From: Patescibacteria group bacterium | GTDB taxonomy: Bacteria; Patescibacteriota; Patescibacteriia; 2-01-FULL-39-33 | Direction of reading: 5' to 3' | NCBI GenBank assembly: GCA_041662745.1 | Contig: JBAZRV010000004.1 | Location: 60,001-92,000 of the forward strand | Length of the DNA: 32,000 nt | In this document: piece by piece, positions 25,081-32,000 of the stretch | How the letters are laid out: each line of letters begins with the position of its first letter | Numbering within the stretch: the stretch's first letter is position 1 | Notes under the pieces: generated by a model | What the model was told of the DNA's origin: nothing | The model's input: only the letters and a program-made list of their open reading frames with translations | The model's database searches: none | Program-made: the position numbers and the translations under genes

Positions 25081-25389
25081 TTAGACCGTTCGTTTTAATG
25101 AACGGTTTTTATTTTGCCAAAATTCTTCAATCTGTTCGGCGACGATCGCCGGCTTGGCAGTATAAACAAACAGGAACTGCCGGGCGTTAACGCCGCGAAT
25201 CATTAACTTTAATCCCGCCTCAATCGCGGTTATTTTCATTCGACGCGGACCAGGCTCAATGGATTTTATTTCTCCGGTGACGATTTTTGCAACCAGCGGG
25301 TGGCGGTACAGGAATTTCACCAATTTATCCGCTTCGCCGATAACCGTTGAATGGCCCGAAGCGACTTTCTTTCCGGCGATATGAGGCAT
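25081..25389 (-). CDS. Small conserved hypothetical protein (102 aa)
   Basis: ATG start. The sequence MPHIAGKKVASGHSTVIGEADKLVKFL...KIVTGEIKSIEPGPRRMKITAIEAGLKLMIRGVNARQFLFVY looks like a real globular fold. It reminds me of DUF2103-type small proteins, but that is from memory and unverified. It is the last gene of the ruvA-mur operon. Confidence 0.6.
   Translation of the reverse strand: MPHIAGKKVASGHSTVIGEADKLVKFLYRHPLVAKIVTGEIKSIEPGPRRMKITAIEAGLKLMIRGVNARQFLFVYTAKPAIVAEQIEEFWQNKNRSLKRTV
25085..25115 (+). terminator. Intrinsic terminator after the radical SAM gene
   Basis: Stem ACCGTTC (25085-25091) / GAACGGT (25100-25106) is followed by TTTTTATTTT. It overlaps the last codons of the convergent 25081-25389 ORF. 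Confidence 0.8.
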
Positions 25390-25429
25390 AATTAATTAAT
25401 AGAAGAAAATAATAAATTGTGGGGATCTT

Positions 25430-26749
25430 TTAGAAGCCGAAAAACTGTTTAAGCAGTTCTCTAACCACTTCCCGTTCATCCCATTTTAATTTAAGGCCGT
25501 TAGCGACGCAAATCACCTGTTCCGAACCTTTGCCGGTCAAAAGCACTAGATCGCCGGCTTGCGCCCGGCTTAAAGCAAACTTAATGGCCTCGCGCCGATC
25601 CAAAATCCTGAATAAATTATCGCCTTCAATCTTGCCGATAGCCTTGGCGCCTGCCGCCACTTGATCAATAATCATCTGGGGATCATCGTCGTAGGGATCT
25701 TCATCGGTTACTATGCAAACATCGGCATTTTGCGCCGACAATTCGCCCAAGACAGATCGACGGCTAACATCCCGGCCGCCGCCGCAAGACCCGAAAACAT
25801 GGATTATCTTATTGCCCGAGTCAACCAACTGATGCTCCCTGATAGTGGCGAACAATTGCCGCATTGATTCCGGTTCGGGAGCATAATCAACCAAAACCTT
25901 AAACGGCTGGCCGGCAATGATAAATTCCATCCGGCCCGGCACGCCGCCGACTTGCTCTAATGCTTGACGGCATTGCTCCAACGATATTCCCTGCGATTGC
26001 GCCACGGCCAGCGCCGCCAGAGAATTATAAATATTGAACTTGCCAAACAATTTAAGATCAAACTTTTCCTCTCCGACGGTAAAGCTGACGCCATTGGGCC
26101 GATAGGAAATGTTTTCCGCTTTAAGCTGATTGCCATCGGCTAAACCAAAAACAATCTTTTTATCAACTTGAAAATCCAAAAATTCTTTGGCCTGCCGATC
26201 ATCGCCGTTAACAACTATGGCTTTGGCAATCTTTCGGCCGCCAATCGCCTTAACCGGCGCATCCGCCAAATGCTTGAACAACTTTAATTTGGCTTTTTTA
26301 TAATTGTCAAAGCCGCCATGCGCTTCAATATGTTCGGGCGTCAGATTGGTAAAAACGCAAACATCATAATGAATCCCCAGGTGGCGGTATTGCTCAATGC
26401 CCTGGGAGGAAGTTTCAATCACCGCGTAACGGCAGCCGGCCGCGACCATCTGCCTAAGGAGTTTCTGCAAGGCGAATCGTCCCAACATGGTCATCTTTTT
26501 ATCGTTCAGCCATTCCTTATCGGCAAGCTTAAACAAAGTCGTGGAAGCGGCGCCGACCCTGTAACCGGCTTTCTCCAGGATTTCAGCGATCAGGCTGACC
26601 GTGCTGGACTTGCCGTTAGTGCCGGTCACGCCGATGACAACCATTTTTTCCGACGGCCGGCCGTAAATAATATCAGCCAAAACCGCCAACAATTTATGGT
26701 AGGCGGCCAGCCAAACGGCAGGAATTAATTTTTTTATTTCAGTTAACAT
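25430..26749 (-). CDS. Mur ligase family protein, MurE-like
   Basis: Track ORF trimmed to ATG 26749 (MLTEIKKLIP...), 11 nt after the ruvA stop. It has the P-loop GVTGTNGKSST, plus ETSSQG, TNLTPEHIEAHG and GRME. The C-terminal domain reads TDEDPYDDDP where MurE usually has DNPR. Confidence 0.8.
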   Translation of the reverse strand: MLTEIKKLIPAVWLAAYHKLLAVLADIIYGRPSEKMVVIGVTGTNGKSSTVSLIAEILEKAGYRVGAASTTLFKLADKEWLNDKKMTMLGRFALQKLLRQMVAAGCRYAVIETSSQGIEQYRHLGIHYDVCVFTNLTPEHIEAHGGFDNYKKAKLKLFKHLADAPVKAIGGRKIAKAIVVNGDDRQAKEFLDFQVDKKIVFGLADGNQLKAENISYRPNGVSFTVGEEKFDLKLFGKFNIYNSLAALAVAQSQGISLEQCRQALEQVGGVPGRMEFIIAGQPFKVLVDYAPEPESMRQLFATIREHQLVDSGNKIIHVFGSCGGGRDVSRRSVLGELSAQNADVCIVTDEDPYDDDPQMIIDQVAAGAKAIGKIEGDNLFRILDRREAIKFALSRAQAGDLVLLTGKGSEQVICVANGLKLKWDEREVVRELLKQFFGF

Positions 26750-26760
26750 AAAATTACGCC

Positions 26761-27342
26761 TTACCTTCCTAAAATCTTTAACGCTTCTTTGATTTTCTCG
26801 CCCGCATCCGGCGACTGGCATTGGCCAAGCGCCTCGCGCGCCTGACCGGTTGAATAACCCAAAGACACCAGGGCCTCCAAAGCATCGCCGAAACCGTCAT
26901 TCCAAGAGGCGGCGACTCCAGCCATGTTCCCGCCCAATTTATCCTTAAGACCTATTACGATCTTTTCCGCCGTCTTGGGTCCGATGCCGGAAACCTTGGC
27001 TAAAATCTCGTGATTGCCGCTCTGCACGGCGGTTACGATATCGTCAATCTTGGCTTTGCGCAAAATATCCAAAGCGCTTCTCGGGCCGATGCCGGATAAA
27101 GATAATAATAATTCAAAAAATTCCAATTCTTCTTGGGTGGCAAAACCGTACAAATCCAATACGCTTTCGGCTACTTGCGTATAAATAAAAACTTCCGCCG
27201 TCTGCCCGATAGCAAAATCGTTCAATAATCGATCCAAAACATAAACTTTGTAGCCGACTCCGCCGACATCAATCACAACAAAATTTTCCTTTTTCAGTTG
27301 CTGGGATTTTAAGCGGATTTGGCCCTTAAGATAAGCAATCAT
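26761..27342 (-). CDS. ruvA: Holliday junction DNA helicase subunit RuvA
   Basis: The track ORF starts at a TTG (27354). I prefer ATG 27342, giving MIAYLKGQIRLK..., the canonical RuvA N-terminus. HhH motifs (LLSLSGIGPRSA, LAKVSGIGPKTAEKI) and domain III are present. Confidence 0.92.
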   Translation of the reverse strand: MIAYLKGQIRLKSQQLKKENFVVIDVGGVGYKVYVLDRLLNDFAIGQTAEVFIYTQVAESVLDLYGFATQEELEFFELLLSLSGIGPRSALDILRKAKIDDIVTAVQSGNHEILAKVSGIGPKTAEKIVIGLKDKLGGNMAGVAASWNDGFGDALEALVSLGYSTGQAREALGQCQSPDAGEKIKEALKILGR

Positions 27343-27347
27343 AAAGC

Positions 27348-27376
27348 TTGACAAAAATTGTTTACCTCACTATAAT
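27348..27376 (+). promoter_or_regulatory. Perfect consensus sigma70 promoter for the Cys-rich mini-operon
   Basis: TTGACA (27348-27353), 17-nt spacer, TATAAT (27371-27376). Confidence 0.8.
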
Positions 27377-27400
27377 ACAGCAAAACAGAACATTTTACAA
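27372..27400 (-). promoter_or_regulatory. Candidate ruvA promoter, overlapping the plus-strand promoter back-to-back
   Basis: The minus strand reads TTGTAA (27400-27395), 17-nt spacer, TATTAT (27377-27372). Its -10 overlaps the plus-strand TATAAT. Confidence 0.5.
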
Positions 27401-27433
27401 CTCGCTCGAACCAGACAATAAAGGAGGTTGCTT

Positions 27434-27643
27434 ATGCCTGATACCTGCCGGCATGTCCCGGAATTCGCGACAAGAGACGAGAAGGTTTGCCGATTGTGCG
27501 GCAAGGAGCTTGGAAAACATGAACCGCTTACGCCGGAAAAAATAACCGCATTGCTGGGAGCGGAAATGCCGGCGCAAAAAAGATTCGTCATTACCGGCGG
27601 CCTCGGATGCTTCCTATTGTCTCTGCTGAAAAAAACAGGCTGA
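27434..27643 (+). CDS. 69-aa zinc-ribbon-like micro-protein with C-terminal hydrophobic anchor
   Basis: SD AAGGAGG (27421-27427) lies 6 nt before the ATG. The product is MPDTCRHVPEFATRDEKVCRLCGKELGKHEPLTPEKITALLGAEMPAQKRFVITGGLGCFLLSLLKKTG, with CxH...CxxC ligands and a C-terminal TM-like segment. Confidence 0.6.
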   Translation: MPDTCRHVPEFATRDEKVCRLCGKELGKHEPLTPEKITALLGAEMPAQKRFVITGGLGCFLLSLLKKTG

Positions 27644-27663
27644 TAAAGTGGGGGGAGAATCAT

Positions 27664-27864
27664 ATGCCTCAAGGCAAAGAAGGGCAACCACATCAGCACC
27701 ATTGGGAGGCGGTTGATTTTGATAATATGGCGGATGACCGCATTAAATGCGCGGTCTGCGGATTAACTAAAGTTTGCGAACACAACGCCGGTGAATTCAT
27801 TGAGAATCCCAGCGGCTGCTGCTTTTGCAGGCTCTGTGGCCGCTTCCGCGGATTGGCCCATTGA
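27664..27864 (+). CDS. 66-aa Cys/His-rich micro-protein, paralogous motif to the preceding gene
   Basis: SD GGGGGAG (27651-27657) lies 6 nt before the ATG. The product is MPQGKEGQPHQHHWEAVDFDNMADDRIKCAVCGLTKVCEHNAGEFIENPSGCCFCRLCGRFRGLAH. It shares C-x-H-x(2,3)-EF-x(n)-CRLCG-x3-G-x(1,2)-H with the upstream protein. Confidence 0.6.
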   Translation: MPQGKEGQPHQHHWEAVDFDNMADDRIKCAVCGLTKVCEHNAGEFIENPSGCCFCRLCGRFRGLAH

Positions 27865-27886
27865 TCGGCCAGACAAAAAGTACAAC

Positions 27887-27922
27887 AAAAGCTGTCGAAA
27901 ATTTTCGACAGCTTTTTATTTT
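27887..27922. terminator. Bidirectional intrinsic terminator (Cys-rich operon / NIF3-like gene)
   Basis: A perfect 12-bp palindromic stem AGCTGTCGAAAA/TTTTCGACAGCT (27890-27913) is flanked by an A run upstream and TTTTTATTTTT downstream. Confidence 0.85.
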
Positions 27923-27924
27923 TC

Positions 27925-28860
27925 CTATCGCTTTACTCTGATTAGTCCGGAAAATGCTGCGACTTCCACGCCCTGCCCTTCCAATTCATCCAAAAACAGA
28001 TTAACGCCCAGGGAATCGGAAGACATATGCCCGGCAATCACCACATTGACATGATGCTTCTGCGCCTCTTTCTTATGTTCTTCGCTCATATGCATGCCGA
28101 CAATCGTACCGATGCCGGCGTGCGCCATCTTTTCATAAATATCCTTGGAATTGGAAGTGCCGCCGGTGATTTCCGTCAAAACAATTTTACCGCAATAGTT
28201 GTCCTCGCTGCCGGCAAAAATTTTCGGTCCGGTTTTCTTCTTGGCCGCCAATTGATATTCGGGAATTTCTTTCAGCAATTTCATCAATTCGCCGACCGTC
28301 TCCAATTCCACCGCTTCCACCCTGTCTTTCAAGAATTTAGCCGCCAAATTATCGCAAGGGGTATGCAGGCAGACTAAATTAATATCCAACAATCGCGCCG
28401 CATCCACCGGACGCTGATGGTTGGCCGGCGAAACGCCTCGCGCCACTTCAGACACCCTTTCTTTAGTGATGGCCTGCGCCACATTAATTGGCACGCCGTA
28501 CTGCGCCAGCACCTCGGCCTGCAGGTGCATGACATCGCCCAGATCGGCCAGGGCTTCGCCTTCCGGATGATGGGCGATAACCGTATCATAACCCAACTGC
28601 TTGGCCAAGATCAACTCCGGCGTTTCAATATCAATGCCACACAGGATTTTTTTCACCTCCCGGCCGTTATCGTACAGAATCCTGCTATCGGCATAAGGAT
28701 TAACGAGTTTCTCCGCATCAAAATCTTCTTTCTGTTCCTCGTTCAGCTTATCAAACTTTTCCTTAGTCTTGGCTAAGTTTTTTCTCACTCTCTCGCCGCC
28801 GCGCAAATCCGCCTCAATCCCCAGTTTGACAGCCAGATTATAAATGTCTTTAAGCAACAT
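27925..28860 (-). CDS. NIF3-like (YbgI/YqfO family) dinuclear metal centre protein
   Basis: Track ORF trimmed to ATG 28860 (MLLKDIYNLAV...). It has the IAHHPEG motif, and C-terminal VVIAGHMSSDSLG aligns with the GHxxxE-type motif of the family. The family assignment is from memory. Confidence 0.65.
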   Translation of the reverse strand: MLLKDIYNLAVKLGIEADLRGGERVRKNLAKTKEKFDKLNEEQKEDFDAEKLVNPYADSRILYDNGREVKKILCGIDIETPELILAKQLGYDTVIAHHPEGEALADLGDVMHLQAEVLAQYGVPINVAQAITKERVSEVARGVSPANHQRPVDAARLLDINLVCLHTPCDNLAAKFLKDRVEAVELETVGELMKLLKEIPEYQLAAKKKTGPKIFAGSEDNYCGKIVLTEITGGTSNSKDIYEKMAHAGIGTIVGMHMSEEHKKEAQKHHVNVVIAGHMSSDSLGVNLFLDELEGQGVEVAAFSGLIRVKR

Positions 28861-28912
28861 AAAATTAAGATTAAAATTATTAATTAATCTAACCATTAAT
28901 TGGAAAAAAAGT

Positions 28913-28953
28913 CAAACAAAAATCATCCCAGGCTTCTGACGGCCGGGGATGAT
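28913..28953 (-). terminator. Intrinsic terminator after the 28967-30010 membrane-protein gene
   Basis: Stem ATCATCCC-a-GGC (28922-28933) / GCC-g-GGGATGAT (28942-28953) is followed on the minus strand by TTTTGTTTGACTTTTTTT. Confidence 0.8.
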
Positions 28954-28966
28954 AGGAAAATAAAAT

Positions 28967-30010
28967 TTATATTTCCTTGCCCATGATCACTTGGGGCAAT
29001 TCACGGAAATCCTGCACCACTCTTTCCAGCTTGCTGGTTTCTTCGTTGCCCACCAAGCGATCAAACAGCACTGTCCAGCCGGCCCACTGAAAGGTGGTAA
29101 TCAGTCCGGTAACTGCAAAGATTATTAGCAATATGGCGATCAAGCAAACAAGGGAAATAATCATTTTTATCCAAAAAGCTAAAAATGGAAAATATAACGG
29201 GATCACCACGACCGAGACGGCAACAAAAACCAAAACCAAGAAGGTAACAATAAAGGCGGCAACCATATAAGCCAAAAACATAAACAAAGCCATCTCCAAA
29301 GAAATCAGCCAATTGGCCCTGAATAACTCCCAAGCGGAAACCAAAGCGGTTTTCATTTTTTGCTTCTTAAGCAAAATGAAAAAAATCTGATACTTGATTA
29401 CAAAAGAAATTATCAAAGCCAAAATCACAAAAATCAAAAAAGACAAAATATAAATCACTACGCCCCAGGCGCCCAGGCCGGAAATCAAGCCTGCTTGCCA
29501 GCCCAATAAAGAGAACAAGGCAAACAAAACCAGTTTCAGCAAAACCACTGCGCCAAAAACCGGCCAAAAGTTGGCCCAGGCAAACTGCAAGGCCTCTTTC
29601 AGTAAGGGTTTCTTGTTGCGGTTATGCAAGGCAATATTGCGGATAAGCCCGGATTGGCATAAAACAGCAACGGCGATGACGGCAAAAATTATAATCAAAG
29701 AAATTAACAGGATCAGCAGGGCAACACCCAAAAGAAGAGCGCTGGACGGCCAAGCCGCCTGAAAAGCCGACCAACTCAATGCGGCGCCGCCGGCCACAGC
29801 CGTGGCCGCGCCCTCCTGGAAACCGCTGACCACTGAGCTGACGATATTGGTTGAGGAATTATTGAAAAAAGCGCGGGAGATTATTTCATATTCGCCGCCG
29901 GACGAAATCAAAACGGCAACAAGTCCCAGCCACCAAAGCTTTTTATAGCTCCAGGTTATTTCCCAGGCCCGTTTCAAGACAGGACGATAAAGATAATTGG
30001 TTGTTTGCAT
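28967..30010 (-). CDS. Polytopic membrane protein, hypothetical
   Basis: 347 aa with an ATG start and at least 6 long hydrophobic segments. An extended -10, TGCTATAAT (complement of 30038-30046), lies 27 nt upstream. No family recognised with confidence. Confidence 0.7.
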   Translation of the reverse strand: MQTTNYLYRPVLKRAWEITWSYKKLWWLGLVAVLISSGGEYEIISRAFFNNSSTNIVSSVVSGFQEGAATAVAGGAALSWSAFQAAWPSSALLLGVALLILLISLIIIFAVIAVAVLCQSGLIRNIALHNRNKKPLLKEALQFAWANFWPVFGAVVLLKLVLFALFSLLGWQAGLISGLGAWGVVIYILSFLIFVILALIISFVIKYQIFFILLKKQKMKTALVSAWELFRANWLISLEMALFMFLAYMVAAFIVTFLVLVFVAVSVVVIPLYFPFLAFWIKMIISLVCLIAILLIIFAVTGLITTFQWAGWTVLFDRLVGNEETSKLERVVQDFRELPQVIMGKEI

Positions 30011-30075
30011 ATATTTGATTAAATTGCTTACTTATATATTATAGCATAAAAAAACACTAAGACAAGAAGCAAATA

Positions 30076-30107
30076 TAAAAACCGCCGCAATCAGCGACGG
30101 TTTTTTA
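30076..30107 (-). terminator. Intrinsic terminator after ftsH
   Basis: Stem ACCGCCGC (30081-30088) / GCGACGGT (30094-30101) pairs at 7 of 8 positions and has A and T runs on either side. Confidence 0.75.
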
Positions 30108-30120
30108 AAAAATGTCTTCA

Positions 30121-31932
30121 TTAAACGAATAACTTTTCAAATTCTTCCGACTCTATGGTTTCCTTTTCTATCAGCGTATTGGCGATCTTATCCAGATACT
30201 CCCGTTTCTCGGTAACGACTTTTAAGGCCAGCTTGGCGGCCTCGTCCAGCAAACGGCTAATCTCTTTATCAATTTCTTCAGCGGTTCGGTCGGAATAATC
30301 GCGCTCCTCGTGCAGCTCCCGGCCCAAAAAAATCAATTCTTCGCGTTCGCCGAAAGTCCGCAGTCCCAGTTTTTCGCTCATGCCGAAGTCCGAGATTAAA
30401 CGGCGCGCCAGCTTGGTGGCCTGGCGCAGATCATTCTGATCGCCGGTAGTCACTTCGTTGAATACTTCTTCTTCAGCGATACGGCCGGCCAGCATTACCG
30501 CCAAATCCTCTAGGAACTCACTCTTCGTATGAAGTTTTTTATCTTCTAATGGTAACTTTAAGGTATAACCGGCGGCGGAACCGCGGGCGATGATAGAAAC
30601 TTTTCTGACCGGATCGGTGTTAGGCAACTCATGAGCGACCAAGGCATGACCGGCTTCATGATAAGCCGTAATCTTTTTCTCCTTATCATTCAAAATATGG
30701 CTCTTGCGTTCCGGACCAAGCAAAACCTTGTCAATGCAGGATAAAATATCATTTTGGATTACCGATTTCTGATTGGTTAGGGCGGCTTTAATGGCTGCTT
30801 CGTTCAAGAGATTCATTAAGTCGGCGCCGGAAAATCCCGGCGTGCGTTCCGCCACTTGGCGCAAATCCACATCCTTGGCCAAGGGTTTCTTCTTGGCGTG
30901 GACTTTCATGATGGCTTCGCGATCATTGATGTCGGGCAAATCCAGAGTGACTCGGCGATCAAACCGGCCGGGCCGCAACAAGGCGGCGTCAAGGACATCG
31001 GGACGGTTGGTGGCGGCCATGACAATTACGTTGTCTGACGGTTCAAAACCGTCCATCTCGGTTAAAATCTGATTCAGGGTCTGTTCGCGTTCATCGTGCG
31101 ATCCGCCCAAACCGGCTCCGCGTTGGCGGCCGACAGCGTCAATCTCATCAATGAAGATAATGCATGGCGAATGTTTTTTGGCTTTCTTAAACAGGTCGCG
31201 GACGCGGGATGCGCCCACGCCGACAAACATCTCCACGAACTCCGAACCGGAGATGGAAAAAAACGGCACGTTGGCTTCGCCGGCTACAGCCTTGGCCAGC
31301 AAGGTCTTGCCGGTGCCGGGAGAGCCCAACAGCAGAACGCCCTTGGGAATAGTGGCGCCCATGGCCAAAAACTTTTTCGGGCTTTTCAGAAAATCCACAA
31401 CTTCCAATAATTCCTGCTTGGCCTCTTTAACGCCGGCCACGTCCTTGAAGGTAATCTTATTGTCTTTGTCCGGATTAAATTGCCGCGCGCCGCTTTGGCC
31501 GAAAGACATGGCTTTATTATTGGCGCCCGAAGCGGATTTTAGCATAAACCAGAAAAAGGCCAAAATTATAATGGCCGGAATAACGATAGGCAAAAGCGTG
31601 GCCAGCCAAAATTTCCAACCGGCTTCGTTCTTAATATTAATGGCGACTTGGCGAATCTTTTCCGGCGCCACATTATAGTTTTTCAGCATGGCGCTTAGGG
31701 ACTCCTCGGTCTCTTTCTGCACCATTAACTTGCTGCCGTCAGTCAGGATAACGGTTAAAGTATTGGACTCCACATCAATTGATTTGACGGTGTCACTTTC
31801 AATCGCGCTGACCAAAGTGGTAAAATCCGCTTCCTTGGGTTGACTTTGCTGGACTTGCAAGAAAGAAAAAACCACTAAGATGACGATAAAAATTCCGATA
31901 TAAATCAGGGTGTTTTTGGAAATATTTTTCAT
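30121..31932 (-). CDS. ftsH: ATP-dependent zinc metalloprotease FtsH
   Basis: Track ORF trimmed to ATG 31932 ([11 protein letters not shown]...). It has two TM helices, the AAA module ([28 protein letters not shown]) and the zinc motif HEAGHAL. Confidence 0.97.
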   Translation of the reverse strand: MKNISKNTLIYIGIFIVILVVFSFLQVQQSQPKEADFTTLVSAIESDTVKSIDVESNTLTVILTDGSKLMVQKETEESLSAMLKNYNVAPEKIRQVAINIKNEAGWKFWLATLLPIVIPAIIILAFFWFMLKSASGANNKAMSFGQSGARQFNPDKDNKITFKDVAGVKEAKQELLEVVDFLKSPKKFLAMGATIPKGVLLLGSPGTGKTLLAKAVAGEANVPFFSISGSEFVEMFVGVGASRVRDLFKKAKKHSPCIIFIDEIDAVGRQRGAGLGGSHDEREQTLNQILTEMDGFEPSDNVIVMAATNRPDVLDAALLRPGRFDRRVTLDLPDINDREAIMKVHAKKKPLAKDVDLRQVAERTPGFSGADLMNLLNEAAIKAALTNQKSVIQNDILSCIDKVLLGPERKSHILNDKEKKITAYHEAGHALVAHELPNTDPVRKVSIIARGSAAGYTLKLPLEDKKLHTKSEFLEDLAVMLAGRIAEEEVFNEVTTGDQNDLRQATKLARRLISDFGMSEKLGLRTFGEREELIFLGRELHEERDYSDRTAEEIDKEISRLLDEAAKLALKVVTEKREYLDKIANTLIEKETIESEEFEKLFV

Positions 31933-31968
31933 AGGTTGTGAATAATTTGCTATAATTAACTTAGACGA

Positions 31969-31997
31969 ATCATAACACATAACTATGGCTAAGTCAA
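31969..31997 (-). promoter_or_regulatory. Sigma70-type promoter for ftsH
   Basis: The minus strand reads TTGACT (31997-31992), 17-nt spacer, TATGAT (31974-31969). Confidence 0.55.
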
Positions 31998-32000
31998 ACA

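Noticed and set aside
27370-27702. 110-aa minus-strand ORF overlapping the two Cys-rich genes
   Set aside because: The plus strand has a perfect promoter, two correctly spaced strong SDs, a terminator and an internally repeated protein motif. The minus-strand ORF has none of these, and its product looks like a shadow frame.
23364-27864. RiPP-type link between the radical SAM enzyme and the Cys-rich peptides
   Set aside because: They are 2.3 kb apart and separated by three minus-strand housekeeping-type genes, and each has its own promoter and terminator. The rSAM lacks a SPASM/twitch Cys cluster and I recognised no RRE-like domain. Co-occurrence analysis across genomes could revive the idea.
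1-32000. Alternative genetic code (UGA recoding, as in some CPR lineages)
   Set aside because: All conserved genes are full length and uninterrupted under the standard code, and several ORFs end at TGA at the expected protein lengths.

Overview
This window looks like a gene-dense core-genome segment of a streamlined bacterium. The protein idiosyncrasies resemble Patescibacteria/CPR, but that taxonomic guess is inference only. The standard genetic code fits throughout. I call 30 protein genes: a partial hypothetical, glyQS, two membrane-anchored hypotheticals, an AI-2E permease, smpB, infC-rpmI-rplT, rpsF-ssb-rpsR, efp, recA, a RodZ-like gene, ftsK, a MerR-family gene plus a 37-aa membrane micro-ORF, rpoC, rpoB, a stand-alone B12-domain radical SAM gene, a small conserved hypothetical, a MurE-like Mur ligase, ruvA, two small Cys-rich proteins, a NIF3-like gene, a polytopic membrane protein and ftsH. 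There is one RNA gene, the tmRNA ssrA directly after smpB. I saw no rRNA, tRNA, CRISPR array, transposase or integrase. Several sigma70-type promoters match consensus or nearly so, and there are many clear intrinsic terminators. The ORF track translates non-ATG starts as M (the ruvA entry starts at TTG), and several starts were re-assigned to internal ATGs. I could not tie any region to a known defence or mobile system. The regions most worth a second look are listed here. (1) A self-contained plus-strand mini-operon at 27348-27922 encodes two paralogous CxH...CRLCG zinc-ribbon micro-proteins, with a perfect consensus promoter, strong SDs and a terminator, inside an otherwise minus-strand block. 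(2) An orphan class-B radical SAM gene sits behind a 486-bp AT-rich divergent region shared with rpoB. (3) An exact 13-mer containing a perfect DnaA box (AGTTATCCACAGG) occurs at two promoter regions. (4) A family of strand-asymmetric, G:U-rich hairpins built from heptamer-periodic repeats fills the spacers of the translation-gene cluster. (5) A consensus promoter plus terminator-like hairpin upstream of rpsF could be a leader/attenuator or a small RNA. (6) A MerR plus tail-anchored micro-protein operon. (7) Canonical SD sequences are confined to a small minority of genes.
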